Below are positions 1-14,030 of a DNA stretch of 64,000 nucleotides, piece by piece (position 1 is the stretch's first letter; every line of letters starts with the position of its first letter). A model generated the notes under the pieces. That model was not told where the DNA came from and did no database searches. It was given only the letters and a program-made list of their open reading frames with translations. The position numbers and the translations under genes were made by a program. Source of the DNA: the human T2T-CHM13v2.0 reference genome, Homo sapiens; the NCBI RefSeq assembly GCF_009914755.1, contig NC_060929.1; one strand, written 5' to 3'.

Positions 1-111
1 GGCAAATCTGCATTTACTACAAGAAATTTTAGCAAAAACACTTCCCTTAATGATGCAGTAAAAGGCTACAGAGATGATACTCTCAAAATGGTGAATAATG
101 TTTCTTGGTCA

Positions 112-470
<359 letters not shown>

Positions 471-599
471 TTAATTCTTGAATGGCCTACCCTATGATAG
501 TTGCACATATTTTAAAAATGACTAGCATGACCGGTTAACATTATCAAAAGCACTCAACTAACTGGTTACACCTTGCCCATATCAAATCATACTCAAACT

Positions 600-1126
600 C
601 AGGGGTCCCCAACCAACTGGCCATGGACCGCTACCAGTTTGTGGCCTGTTAGGAACTGGGCCACACACCAGGAAGTGAGCAGAGAGTGAGTGAGAAAAGC
701 TTCATCTATATTTACAGTCACTGTCCATCACTGGCATTGCCACCTGAGCTCTGCCTCCTGTCAGTTCAGTGGCAGCCTTAGATTTCTCATAGGAGCACAA
801 ATCCAATCAAGAACTGCACATGTGAGGGATCTACATTGTGTATCCCTTATGAGAATCTAATGCCTGATGATCTGTCACTGTCTCTCATCACCTCCAGGTG
901 GGATCATCTAGTTGAAGGAAAACAAGTTCAGGGCTCCCACTGATTCTACATTGTGGTGAGTAGTATAATTGTTTCATTATATATTACCATGTAATACCAA
1001 TAGAAATAAAGTACACAATAAATGTAATGTGCTTGAATCATCCACAAACCATCCCCCATCCCCCAGTCTGTGGAAAAGTCTTCCATGAAACCAATCCCTT
1101 GTGCCAAAAAAGGTTGGGAACCGCTG
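600..1126 (+). mobile_element. MER1A hAT-Charlie non-autonomous DNA transposon, full length
   Basis: Termini CAGGGGTCCCCAAC...GTTGGGAACCGCTG; ~527 bp; internal TTATGAGAATCTAATGCCTGATGATCTG matches recalled MER1A. Confidence 0.9.
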
Positions 1127-1376
1127 CTGCTCTAACCCAAGGACAGAAAACTTCAGTATCATCAGGAGCCAAGCAGGCAAAATTAAGCCCACAGAGAGTC
1201 ATAGGAACTACACTGAACTGAAAAGTCTATGCCTCACCTAAAAGTAAGCCATTTCTGCTGATCCCCTTCAAAAAGTTGTGACTTTGAGAAATCCAAGAGC
1301 TTGTATAGTTGTATGAAATTACTTGGCAATTGATTCAATTTTTAGAAATCATCACAAGGCAACATCACAGGGGAGA

Positions 1377-1550
1377 AATATATATGTTTACATCTGTGTG
1401 TGTATACGTATGTATTTGTGTGTAAAATGGCTGAATCACTCAAGCTGGTACAATATGTATATTGCTTGTGCATACATATGTATTGTATATGCATATTTTT
1501 ATGTATATATTATGTGCATGCCTATGTATACCTGTGTATTTGTGTATCTG
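1377..1550. repeat. Degenerate (TA/TG)n low-complexity tract
   Basis: Recurrent TATATG/TGTGTA/TATGTA motifs. Confidence 0.6.
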
Positions 1551-1754
1551 TAGCCTGAATTCACCTATCAGGAGGCTAAGTTATTACTATTATTACAAAC
1601 AACTAATAAATGTAGTTATTTCAAAAAAATCTCTTCCCACTTAACTCTAAGTTGTTTGTCAATAACAATATCAATAACTTAATATCACTTACATGGTCAA
1701 AGAACCAATAAGCTTACTGTTCTGAAGATCAGTAAGAAAATCTTACTTCCGATA

Positions 1755-2217
1755 AGTCATCCAAATTGGAAAAGAAATAGTTAAACTGTCTGTCTGTAGA
1801 GAACAAGGTCTTATCTATACAAAACCCTAAAGAATCTGCCAAAAAAAGGTGATAAACAAAGGTTCAGGATACAAAAATCAACATGCAAAAGTTAGTAGCA
1901 TTTCTCTACACTAACAAACTTAAAAAAATCAATTTGCAATAGCTACCAAAAACAAAAGCAAAACAAAAAAATACCACACTTAGGAATAAATTTAACCAAG
2001 AAGGTGAAAGATCTGTGCACTAAAAACTATAAAACATTAATGAAAGAAATTCAAGAAGGCACAAATAAATGGAAAGATATCCTGTGTTCATGGATTCGAA
2101 TCTTGGTCAATATGTTCATGCTACTCAAAGTGATCTACAGATTCAATAGAATCCCTATCAAAATTTCAATATCATTTTTCATAGAGAAGATACAAGTTTA
2201 AAATTCACATGGAACCA

Positions 2218-2260
<43 letters not shown>

Positions 2261-3787
2261 GAATAACCAAGGCAATCATAAGCAAAAAGACCAATGCTGG
2301 AGACCCCACACTATCAAATTTCAAACAATACTGCAAAACAATAATAATTAAAACAGTATGATATCTGCATAGAAAAATAGACACATCATCCAATGGAATA
2401 GAATAGAGGGCCTAGAAAAGAACCACTGCATCTATGGTCAAGTGATCAACAAACATGCCAAAAATATAGGCTAAGAAAGATAGTCTCTTAAATAAGTATT
2501 GGGAAAACTGGATGTCCACATGCAAAATAATGAAAGTGGACGCTTGTCTCACACCGCATACAAAAATCAACAAAAAATGGATTAAAGACTTAAACATAAG
2601 ACCTGAAACTGTAAGTCTACTAGAAGAAAACATAGGAAAAACACTATACAACATTCATCTGAGCAATGACTTTTAGTTTTGACCACAAAAGCACAGACAA
2701 CAAAAACAGACAAATAGGATTACATCAAAATGAAAAGCTTCTGCAAATCAAAGGAAATAATTAACAGTGAAGAACAACCTATGGATTGGAAGAACATATT
2801 TGTAAGCCATACATCTGATAATTGTGTCAGCATAAAAAAATACATAAGGAATTCAAACAACTCTGTATAAGGAAAAATAATCTAATTAAGGAATGGCCAA
2901 GAGATCTGAATAAAGATCTGAATGGCCAAAGAGATCTGTTTCTCAAAAGAAGACACATAAGTGGCTAATAGCTGCATAAAAATGCTAATATCACCACTAA
3001 TCACTAGGGAGATGGACATTCAAACTACAATGATATATCACTTTACACCTACTAAAACGACTGTTATCAAAAGGACAAAAGATAACAAGGTTGATAAGGA
3101 CATGGAGGAAAGGGAACCCTTGTACCCTGTTGATGGGAATGCAAATAGTATAGTATACAGGGTCGCCAAAAATAGTAAACATAGAATTACTATATGATCT
3201 AGCAATCCCGCTTCCAGGTATTTACTCAAAAGATATGAAATTAATATGTCAAAGGGATGTCTGCCATTCCCATGTTCACTGCAGCACTATTCTCAATAGC
3301 CAAGTTGTACAATCAACCTAAGTGTCTGTCCATCAACAGAAGAGTAAAGAAAGTGTGGTAGAAGTTTCTTTAGATGAGTTTAGAATAGATACAGCATGGT
3401 GTATATATACAACAGAACACTATTCAGCCTTAAGAGGAAAAATGTCATTTGTGACATGATGGAATTGGAGAACATTATTCTAATTGAAAAAAGCCAGATA
3501 CAGAAAGACAAATACTGCATGTTTTACCTATCTGTGGGAATCTAAAGCAATTGAACCTATAGAAACATAAAGTAGAACGGTGGTTACCAGGGGCTGAGTG
3601 TCAGGGGAATAAGGAGATGATAGTCAAAGGGTATAAAGCCTCAGATAGAAGGAATAAGTTTTATTCTTTTTGAGATCAGTAGTACAGCATGCTGAATGTA
3701 GCTAATAATTGAGTACTGTACATTGAAATATCGTTGAGCAAATTTCTAATGTTCTTATCACAAAAATGTTGAATATTTGAGGTGATA
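1755..3787 (+). mobile_element. L1MA-type LINE-1 3' portion (decayed ORF2 C-terminal half plus 3' UTR)
   Basis: ORF 2004-2201 ([30 protein letters not shown]) is L1 ORF2p-like; 3' UTR motifs GTGGTTACCAGGGGCTG and GGAATAAGTT; many stops and frameshifts. Confidence 0.92.
2221..2258 (+). repeat. (AC)19 microsatellite inside the L1
   Basis: Perfect AC run. Confidence 0.98.
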
Positions 3788-3811
3788 AAAGAAAAACTTA
3801 TTTCCAATGTT

Positions 3812-3925
3812 ATAAGAGAAAACTGAGGATCAGAGAGCTAATATGAATTTTTCAACATCACAAAACTTGGAAGTAGTAGAGCCAGGGCTCAAACTCAAGT
3901 CTCTTAAGCGTTTACCCAGTGCCCT
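3812..3925 (-). mobile_element. MIR SINE fragment
   Basis: GAGAAAACTGAGG...AGAGCCAGGGCTCAAACTCAAGTCT is the reverse complement of the MIR core. Confidence 0.75.
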
Positions 3926-4486
3926 TTCGTACTGATAAATATCCAGAGCACTGCTGAAATTAAACTGGCTTAAATTAGCACTAACCTATGAGGGCTTTGT
4001 GTGCAGTCCTCATTCCTGAAAAAGGTTCTCTTTGGTCCTATAGTTCCCCAGGTAGGATGACAAATGTTGTGTTAAGAACAAATTGTGCTATATTGCATTT
4101 GCATGGATTTCTTGAATATTTCCATTTACTATGTAGCAAACCCCTTCAGCACCATCGTAATGTGGAAGTACATGCTTTATTGCTTCTAAATATTTGAATT
4201 CCAATTGTGAGACTTGTCAATCTACCTAGACTCGTAAGTTGGCATAAACTGATTTTCTGTTTCATGACAATATTGTTTAGTATTTGCTGGGCTGTATTTG
4301 ACACGACATTTTTAATATTACATTTAGTCAAATAGATTGAAAGCTGCTAAAATAGTCCTTTCCCTAAATTTTGCATTTTTTTCTTTTCTCCTTTTTAACT
4401 CTGGTGAGTCTATCTATTAACAAAGTAATTATAAAATTTATCTACATTGGGAAATTGTCAAGTGCATGAGACCCAGCATGATGTGA

Positions 4487-4768
<282 letters not shown>

Positions 4769-5245
4769 TCAGGTTTTGAAGAAAGGATCAAAGAGTCTCC
4801 TTACTCTCCTGAGAGTCCTTTCTCACAAGAACTTAGATTCTCTGCAGATGACATGGCTATGTGCTAGCATCCTTTAAGAAAAAGAAGTGTTATTTACAAA
4901 TCAAATAAATCAATCTCATTTCTCCTCACCCTTTGCAGTAATTTTAAGCATCTTTTCATTTTTTACTTCTTAACATCAGTAAATAAAAAAGTAATATGCT
5001 AAAAAAAATCAAAAAGTTTTCTTCAATTCCTCAACTGCTTGAGGGAGAGAGAAATTTCAGGAAATCATGTCAGCTCTGGCTTTAAAATATCTTTCAGATG
5101 CATCCTTTCTCCATCTCCAGTTTTATCCCATTACCTCTACATCACCAATGTAGCCTGAGTCAAAAATTTTAGTTGTCTAGATATTTGCAATAGCCCCTTT
5201 CTCATTTATATTCTCTTCCTCCTCCAATCCCTTCACCACAGGACA

Positions 5246-5735
5246 TGTGTAGCAGAAGTTGCTGGTTGCCTTCCCTTTAAGGAACCGTACTTAACAAAAA
5301 CCTGATTTTCTTCTGGGTAGAAATGTACTCAGCTAAAAAGGCTGTATTTCCCAGTTTCCTTTGCAGTAGAAGTAGCTAATTATTTGGAAGTCAGTGGGCA
5401 AATTTTCCACAAAAATGGAACAAAGGGACAGATTGTTTCCATACGATGCTAGTACCTCTCTCCCCTCCCCCATTACTTTTTCATCTGGAAGACAGAAGGG
5501 ATGCTGGAGCTTCAGCAGCCGTCTCATGCATTTCAGAATGCAATTCAGGGCCAAAGAGAGCAGAGAAAAAGACAGGACCTAGGTCCCTCATGATTCCACT
5601 GACCTGCCATACCTGCCCCAGACTGCATGACTGCCTTCTTTCTCTTCTCCTCTCTCTCTGTCTCTCTCTCAGACCTAACTGATATGTTTGAACCACTGTC
5701 ATTACAGCTGGAACTATCCTCTTTGGGCAAGTATG
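5246..5735 (+). mobile_element. Ancient ERVL/MaLR-class solo LTR (LTR33/MLT1-like)
   Basis: TGTGTAGCAGA start, ATTTCCCAGTTTCCTTTGCAG and GATGCTGGAGCTTCAGCAGCC motifs; family uncertain. Confidence 0.55.
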
Positions 5736-5776
5736 CAAAGTGATGGTTTTAAAAGCCCAATCAGACCAACTCATTA

Positions 5777-5937
5777 TAGGTACCTGCTACCACGCCCAGC
5801 TAATTTTTGTATTTTTTAGTAGAGATGGGGTTTCTCCGTGTTGGTCAAGCTGGTCTCGAACTCGTGACCTCAGGTGATCTACCTGTCTTGGCTTTCCAAA
5901 GTGCTGGGATTACAGGTGTGAGCCACTGCACCCGGCC
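5777..5937 (-). mobile_element. AluS-type element, 3'-truncated (left arm plus ~25 nt of right arm), no poly(A)
   Basis: Intact 5' end (CCCGGCC at 5931-5937); stops at right-arm CCTGTAAT; TSD CAACTCATTA at 5767-5776 and 5938-5947. Confidence 0.93.
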
Positions 5938-6774
5938 CAACTCATTAACCCTTAAACTCATTCAAATTCTCATCTGCTTGTTATGGCTAACATGGCCCTG
6001 AATGATTTTATACCAATATCTATTCAAGCACCCTTCACACCATATTACTTCAGGTACCTCCCTTCAATTCCTCCAACTTGTTCAGACTTTTTCTTTCATA
6101 CTTGCTGGTCTCAGGACCTGAACAGTGTAACTGGTCCCTTCTCCATTCTTCAGATGTCATCTCAAGTAGCACTTCCTCACAGGTACTCTCAACTTTCCTA
6201 AGCTGAAGGCTTTACAACACCGCCTTCTACCATCTCCACCATCTAGTTCATTCCTATCACAAAACAGATCACCATCCTTAATTATCTTATTTACTCCCTT
6301 GCTACTTGTCTATCTCCACAGACCAGAGGCCTTCTTTGTTATAGAAGCTCAGTCTCAACAAATATCTCTTAAATAAATGCTAAGTGCATAAAATTCTCAC
6401 TACTGCTCTGCACAAAACCTTACCTCCCAACCCCATTGCTCTAGTAATGTGTAAATCCAATTACATGAGGCCATCAGTTTAAACTCCTCCTAGAGTTGCA
6501 AAATAAAAATAAATTCTATCATGTAGTAAATAAGCCTTTTTGTGATCTAGTCATGTATCCTCCACTATCTATACTTCCTGAAATGTAAATCCTCTTTCCT
6601 TTGCATGTGTAGTTCCTGCTAATTAAAAGATTTACCTGGCTGAATGCTGACCCCTTGACAATTTCTGAGGCATCACCCTCTTCATGAGACTTCCTGGACT
6701 CCAACTCTCAAATCTGGGTTAGCTGTCCCTTCTTACAGAGGTTTGGAGATGATCACATAGTGTAGTATGCTTCT

Positions 6775-6985
6775 GGAGCAAGTGCACTGGCTTTGGAATC
6801 AGACAGTTTAGGTTCAAATCTCATATCTGTCACTTGGTGACTGTTTGGCCTAGAACTGTCCCAGTCATCACCTGTAAAAACTAAAACGATTGCAGTCTAG
6901 GGCAGGATATATGATTGACATCACATAATGCATGTAACACACCTGCTAAGTTACAATCAATGGTGACTACATTATCATTAACAAT
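6775..6985 (+). mobile_element. MIR SINE
   Basis: GGCTTTGGAATCAGACAGTTTAGGTTCAAATCTC...CACCTGTAAAA. Confidence 0.75.
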
Positions 6986-7054
6986 ATTGCTACCTAATCA
7001 GCACATGACACTCTGTGTATACTACTATCACATGTTTAACAGTGTAATAAATAT

Positions 7055-7433
<379 letters not shown>

Positions 7434-7517
7434 TAACTCATAATGTCAAGCATCATATCTTGTACAAGGTAAGTGTATAATTGATATAATTGATAATTAA
7501 ATCTACTGTGATGTTGA

Positions 7518-7630
7518 CTATGTTGAGTGCAATCCTGTGCCTGGCACCCTGTTACAGGCAGAGCAGCTAGCAGATTGGGCATGATGCTTGCCTTCATGGA
7601 ATTGTCTATTAGAAGAAGAGAGTCAGACAA
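7518..7630 (-). mobile_element. L2 3'-end fragment (host of the AluY/L1PA2 pair; probably resumes after 8223)
   Basis: TTGAGTGC...TGTGCCTGGCAC...TGCCTTCATGGAA..TCTA matches the reverse L2 3' end. Confidence 0.6.
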
Positions 7631-7634
7631 ATAA

Positions 7635-7935
<301 letters not shown>

Positions 7936-7951
7936 CCCAACAAATAATTTC

Positions 7952-8210
7952 TTTTTTTTTTTTATTGTACTTTAAGTTTTAGGGTACATGTGCACATTGT
8001 GCAGGTTAGTTACATATGTATACATGTGCCATGCTGGTGCGCTGCACCCACTAACTCGTCATCTAGCATTAGGTATATCTCCCAGTGCTATCCCTCCCCC
8101 CTCCCCCCACCCCACCACAGTCCCCAGAGTGTGATATTCCCCTTCCTGTGTCCATGTGATCTCATTGTTCAATTCCCACCTATGAGTGAGAATATGCGGT
8201 GTTTGGTTTT
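7952..8210 (-). mobile_element. Young 5'-truncated L1 (L1PA2-like, non-Ta), ~260 bp 3' end
   Basis: Near-identical to recalled L1HS/L1PA2 3' UTR; GAG rather than ACA at the Ta site (CTAACTCGTCATC on +) and CTTAAAG rather than CTTAGAG; TSD AAATAATTTC at 7942-7951 and 8214-8223. Confidence 0.93.
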
Positions 8211-9029
8211 ATGAAATAATTTCAACCGTGAAAAATGTCAAAGGGGAAAGCAAGGGAAGCTGTGGGAACATATGGTAACAGGATTCAACCTTGTCCAGAG
8301 GGACAAGGATTCACTGCCTTCTGCATCTTTGAAACTTGCTAGACCCCAGCACAAAACCTCACATGACAGGTATGCAACAATTGTTCATTAGTTTCTTTGT
8401 AAGAGGTGTCAAGCATGTACTATTCCGTTTAAGTTTGTTCCTCTTCAAACTTTAGTTCTCCAGATACCCATCCAATTTTACAACCTTGATGAAGCTTGAT
8501 GGTCAGCAGATGATTGGATTAACTTAGAAAAAAGGAAAAGCGAAATTTGCATATAAATGCAAACATGTTATTTTTTCTTATTTAAAAGAAAACACATTAT
8601 CCTGGCAGGCCAGGGAGATGGAAATTTTTTTTAAAAATTAAACAACAACAAAAAGAATGCTAACCACAAGGTCAATGCTGAGAGTTTGGGGAAAACACAG
8701 AAGACATAAGAGAAGGAAGCACAGCAAATTACCAGAACTAAGTGGAAATCCTGAGGGGGTTAATGTGCTAGGACGGTCTCATAACAAGTAATTAATTTTC
8801 ATTATCAATCTGTACTAACAAGTTATATCAACATAACTATAAATAGCTGCAGAAGCATGGATTTGAGGTTTTGGAATTTTCTTCCAACCTAGGATGTTGG
8901 TGCTACACAAGTCTATCCACACATTGTTCATCTCAGCTGCATTCTCATGTAACCTTCTCTCAGAATGATGAGCACAGACTATAGATAATCAGTTAGAAAG
9001 TACACACTCTATAAAACAAAAGTTGCTTG

Positions 9030-9135
9030 ATTTCTGGTTGTGATGCATAATGGCCATGCGACTTGGATAAAATAACTTCTGTTAACCTTAATTTCCTCTT
9101 TTGGAAAACTGAAAAACTCCTGTCTCACAAGGTTG
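9030..9135 (+). mobile_element. MIR fragment
   Basis: GACTTGGATAAAATAACTTCTG...TTTCCTCTTTTGGAAAA...TCTCACAAGGTTG. Confidence 0.5.
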
Positions 9136-11826
9136 AAACCCAGCCTGGAAAAAAGAAAAATAGGAAACTATGCTAAGGGTTAAATTTCTTGTCAATGATG
9201 CAAAAACAATTCCCTCTGAAATTCATCAGGTTTTGTAAAATGTACCAGACCTTAACTTTCCAGTGCCAATAGCCAGTTCCAGGTGAAGCAATTACCAGGT
9301 TGATTGCAGGGGCTGGGAACTGCTGGAGTGAATCACTGATTAAGAGATTGATTTGGATTTCTGTTTGAGCTGTGTTTGATTAGCTTGCCCATGACAGTGA
9401 GCAATCCAGTCTCAATGGGCACATTCCACTGGACACAGAATAGCTCCATATTCCCAGCCCCAATTGCCATTCAGGAAAGAGGCATAAGTTGGTATCATTA
9501 ACACATGTTCATTTATTTTAATGGGGCATTAGGACTGATTTATATGGTAGCATTAAAGAAGAAAGATTACTCCAGACTTATAACTATATAAGAGCACTTA
9601 ACATTACCTTGCCAATAAGCCTTCTAAAAGGATGAATACCATTGCCCTCAATTCAAAAAAAGATTTCACTGTGCCACCAGATTTGTCAGCAAAAAAAGGG
9701 AGCAGGAGAACACAGAAAATCAGCTTCAGCTTGCATGTTTCTTTCTGTTATGAAGCTCATATTACTACTGGAGAACTCAAATGTTAGTAGAGACCAAAAT
9801 CACATTCACTTTTCTGAATTTCTAAGAATAGGCTGCTATAATTCCTCTTAATCGAAATGCTTTTCTTTTATTGGTAATACTTTAAGATAATGGTATAATC
9901 AGTATTGATTTTACTGTTACACATCGTAACAGTCTTAAGAGCACTCAGCTCCATTTTTCCCAGAAAAGTCAGCAAAAACATTGCAGTTTATCTCTTCATA
10001 TACTTTCTCCGCTTCAGCATTAGTTCCTCCTCAATTCCTGTTTGCTATTCTGCTCCCCACTTCCCCGTGGTTGTCCCTCTTTCTGCATCATTAATCAATG
10101 GTGGTTCTATGAGAAAAGAAACATGGAGATGAAAATAGCATAACTCATGTCTGCTAACATCAGGCTTACACCACTGAAAACATAGGAAAAAAATACCTTT
10201 CTAGGAAATGCCCTGAAACAATTGGTTAAAAGAGAGCTTGCAGTGCCTGTGTTTGTATTGATGTGAGGAGAAGTAAGCTTTTATTTGTAATCTATTTAAT
10301 TTCTCACTTTCCCATTAACCTTCAATTTTGCGAAGACAAAATTTGACTCGGAATCTTCACCATCAAATCCTCAGTTATTATTTGTCACACACAATGCTCA
10401 ATAAATACATTTGTTTGCTGACTTTGTTTGCTGGTACTATTCTCCTCCCTGGTCACTATCACCCCTCTCTGTTAAGGAAGTAAAAATGACAGGCAATCAT
10501 CTTCCACTTCGGCTTTATTCAGACCTTTGCAGGCTGATATGGCTTCTCAAGTTCATCCCAGAACCTTGATGCAATGGTCCATTTATTGTACAAACAGACA
10601 AAAGAATATTCACAATGATAGATTGTAAGAAAAAGTAATTTGAGAAATTCAGAGCTGGAAAGAGAAGAGAGTTCCCAAAGTAACAGTTCTACTTAAGTCT
10701 CTACTCATGTTCTGAACCAATAGGATCAAAATTCTATTTTCAGTCAAGTCATAGAATCAAGAGCAAATATTAAAAAATGTTTACCAAAAAAGCTTCACAT
10801 GCTTCAGTATAAGCTCCATTATTATTATCAAGACAAGAGCATCTCAAAATTAGAGACATGTTGTTTATGTGAAACTACCTTACACTGGCTTTCAAACTCA
10901 GTATACCAGTGTTTGTATTAACAGTACCTCACTATTCCAAAAATAAATGCAATCAGGCCTCCAGATACTTCTAAACATATTGGACTTTTACTTTCCACCT
11001 GAACACAAGAAATTTCCCAGGTGTTTCTGATTTTTATGTATTAAAATAAGGTATAAGACATATCCATTGATCTCCCATATCTCTGATGCCATATCTTGTT
11101 AGTTTGAAATGAATTCATTTTTATTTTATCTTTCTTTCAATCTAACACCATCCATAATTTCACATAAGAATGAACTCTAATATGCTCATATCTCATCAAG
11201 AAAGATAATGGCCCTGCCAAGAAGATATATTTTTTTGGATGTGATTCTTCAGTGAAGCAGAACTTTGTAGAAGCAGAGAGGCTGGAATGACATTTCTGAT
11301 TTTCATAGATTTAACTGACCCTGACATATTCTCAGGAGAAATGGCTTTGTCAATCAGGGGAACATCAGATTTAAATTGCTTATTTTGGTATTACTACCCA
11401 TTGCTTTCCTTTATGCCAAACATTTAATCTGATGAATTTATTATTCAATAGTTGGTGTTTTCACCTACGCTGTAAAATAAAAACAATTCAAGTAAGTAAT
11501 CACAGGAAACAGACTGTTATCAACTCATAAAACCTAGTTCTCCCAACTAGTATTTTAAGCCCTGAAGTCTTTTGAATTGTTAAAGCAATGGGACAAAATT
11601 CATGATTTCTCTCCTATTTATAGGAAATGGCATAAGAGAGAAATTGTGCCCATACAAGTAGATGGAGTAAGAAGGAATGTTTTTGGTGTGGTGTGGCAAC
11701 TGGCCACACCTAAACTGTATGTGTGTGTAGTGGGGCGGTGAGGGGAAAAAACCTAACTTCCAGTTCTATCTGCTTATATGACATATCCAGACTCTAACAT
11801 AACCCTAGTTTTCATGAACCATTGAA

Positions 11827-12351
11827 CAGAGATTTACAACTTTTTCAGCACCAGGGACTGGTTTTGTGGAAGACAGTTTTTCCACAGACCAGGGAGGAAA
11901 GGGTAGTTTTAAGATTATTCAAGCACATGACATTTATTTTGCACTTTATTTCTGTTATTGCATTGTAATTGATAATGAAATATTTATACAACTCATAATA
12001 TAGAATCAATGGGAGCCTTGAACTTGTTTTCCTGCAACTAGGCGGTCCCATCTGGGGGTGATGGGAGACAGTGACAGATCATCAGGCATTAGATTCTCAT
12101 AAGGAGTGCACAACATAGATCCCCTTCATGCACAGCTCATGATAGGGTTTGTGCTCCTATGAGCGCAATTTAATGCCACTGCTGATCTGACGGGAGGCAG
12201 AGTTTGGGTGGTAAGACGAGTGATGGGGAGTGGCTGTAAATACAAATGAGGCTTTGCTCACTAGCCCACTGTTCACCTCCTGCTGCATGGCCCAGTTCCT
12301 AACAGGCCACTAGCTGCTAGTGGTCTATGGCCTGGGGGTTGTGGACCCCTG
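11827..12351 (-). mobile_element. MER1A hAT-Charlie transposon, full length, inverted relative to 600-1126
   Basis: CAGATCATCAGGCATTAGATTCTCATAAGG is the reverse complement of the first copy; ends GGACCCCTG. Confidence 0.9.
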
Positions 12352-14030
12352 CTACAGAACATATACCTCCAGTACTCCAGAGCCAAAATGAGGTAAATCT
12401 GTTATTAAAACAATTTTCAGGAAGAGGCAAAATTATGATTCTCATACAAACATAAAAATGTTAGAAATTTTGTTTACTCATGATGGAGCCAGCAGATACA
12501 CAACCTGTACAAAGGAAGAGTCATAAAAGCACAAATTTATATAGAGTAAAGGGATCTTGAAATGAATTACAAATGGAAGCACACTCACCTCCTCACAGGG
12601 GAGGAACAGAACAGGAAGTAAACTTCTGGCAGATGGGACAGAATTTGCATGCCTATTAGATACCTACAATTTTCAGTTTTAAAATAGCTCCCATAGAATC
12701 AGAATGTAAAGCATAAAGTGGAAGGGTGTGCTGTAGATAATGTGTAGTTTTCTGCTGCAGTGCACAACCTTTTTCTTCTATACTGTTATAAAGTGAGAAC
12801 TAGGAAGAGGGAATAAACAGGTGAGAAAATAGGCTACAGGCACCCTCTCTGGGTCTAAACAAGCAGACTAGCTAGCTCATACTTAGTCATCTCTATCTTG
12901 ACTAGTTGCTGCCTCTGTTTCTCACACACCTCTATTATTGCTTGAACTAGGAGTTGGCATTTACCTATTTGCATTGAAACAGTGCCAAATGTATGGGTAG
13001 GTTATCCAGATATATACCCAGGATTCTAACAGTGCTGTGCATGTAGAGATGCCATTCAAATACTCAAATATTTCATGAATCTGTACTGGAGACCTGTGCC
13101 AAGACACTTTCTTCTATGCTTATGGTATCTCAATAGTATAAGATAAAAATGAAAGAGACAACTGTGTCTCAGGAGATTTTATTGGCACAACTGGGAGAAG
13201 AAAATACTCTGCTCCCAATCCTACCTCAAGCAAAGAACATCCACAAAGATTTTATATGTGATTCACCACCCAATAATACTTCATCTTTTCTCACTTCCTT
13301 TCACCTTCACTTTCCTCTCATCATCACCATAAACCATATCCCACAATAAAAGTCTTGCTGGTTTTGCCTCTCTGGGCTATTCTTGACATCCCGTGACATA
13401 CACAGCACCCCTAATAAAGATGTGAGGATGTAGGACATTGCTGGCCATTGTAGATTTACTGGTTTCTTGCCATATTTAAATCTGGCATTGTGTTTTTAAA
13501 GAACCCAAGTTATATGTCTTTTACAGCTGATGAAGAAAACTAGCTTTTACATATTATTCATAAAAGTAACTAGATTTTTATCAGGCAGCCATAAAATGCC
13601 ACTAATTAAAAAAAAATCAGAGAGTCAGCAAGATATTCAAAAGCAATTCCCTAGGAAAACAAAGAGAATAAAGACAATTAGTAAAAGATAGCCATTAAGT
13701 CTATTCCAGACCAGAGGGGGTGGGAAAAAAATCTCCAATGCCTGGGTCCAAACTAGAAAAAGAGGGAGACAATGCATAAAACTTTCATTCCTTTATTGAA
13801 GTTCACTTTTATTGTTTTAAAATCTTACTATAAAGGCTTGATATAATAGTAACTAAATGAAACCACCAAAATGGTAGTTTTGATGCAAGACGAGACTGTG
13901 TTATAAGCAAACTTGTTTTTCTTCGGGGGTTGCGGGCTTTCTCCTGGCTTGTTTGATTTCCTAATGCCACCTGACTGCTGAATTTGTCACTCCATTTCAC
14001 CCCATTTCAGCAACACTCCATGCTTTAGGC

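Larger units (their letters stand above)
5060..6385 (+). mobile_element. L2 LINE 3' fragment interrupted by an LTR and an Alu
   Basis: L2-like TGCAATAGCC...CTCCAATCC...CACAG resumes after ~5738 (AGTGATGGTTTTAAAA..AATCAGA, ATGGCCCTG) and ends CTCAACAAATAT. Confidence 0.55.

Noticed and set aside
2891-2938. Short repeats GAATGGCCAA..AGATCTG (similar ATAGCATTAGA triplet near 47503-47542)
   Set aside because: Ordinary slippage micro-duplications within L1; no regular repeat-spacer pattern, so not CRISPR-like
7466-7474. Isolated consensus splice donors (AAGGTAAGT here; a minus-strand one near 34989-34998)
   Set aside because: No well-supported partner acceptor or reading frame; expected by chance in 64 kb
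7952-8210. Active L1HS-Ta insertion
   Set aside because: Lacks the ACA and 3' G Ta diagnostics; only 260 bp long
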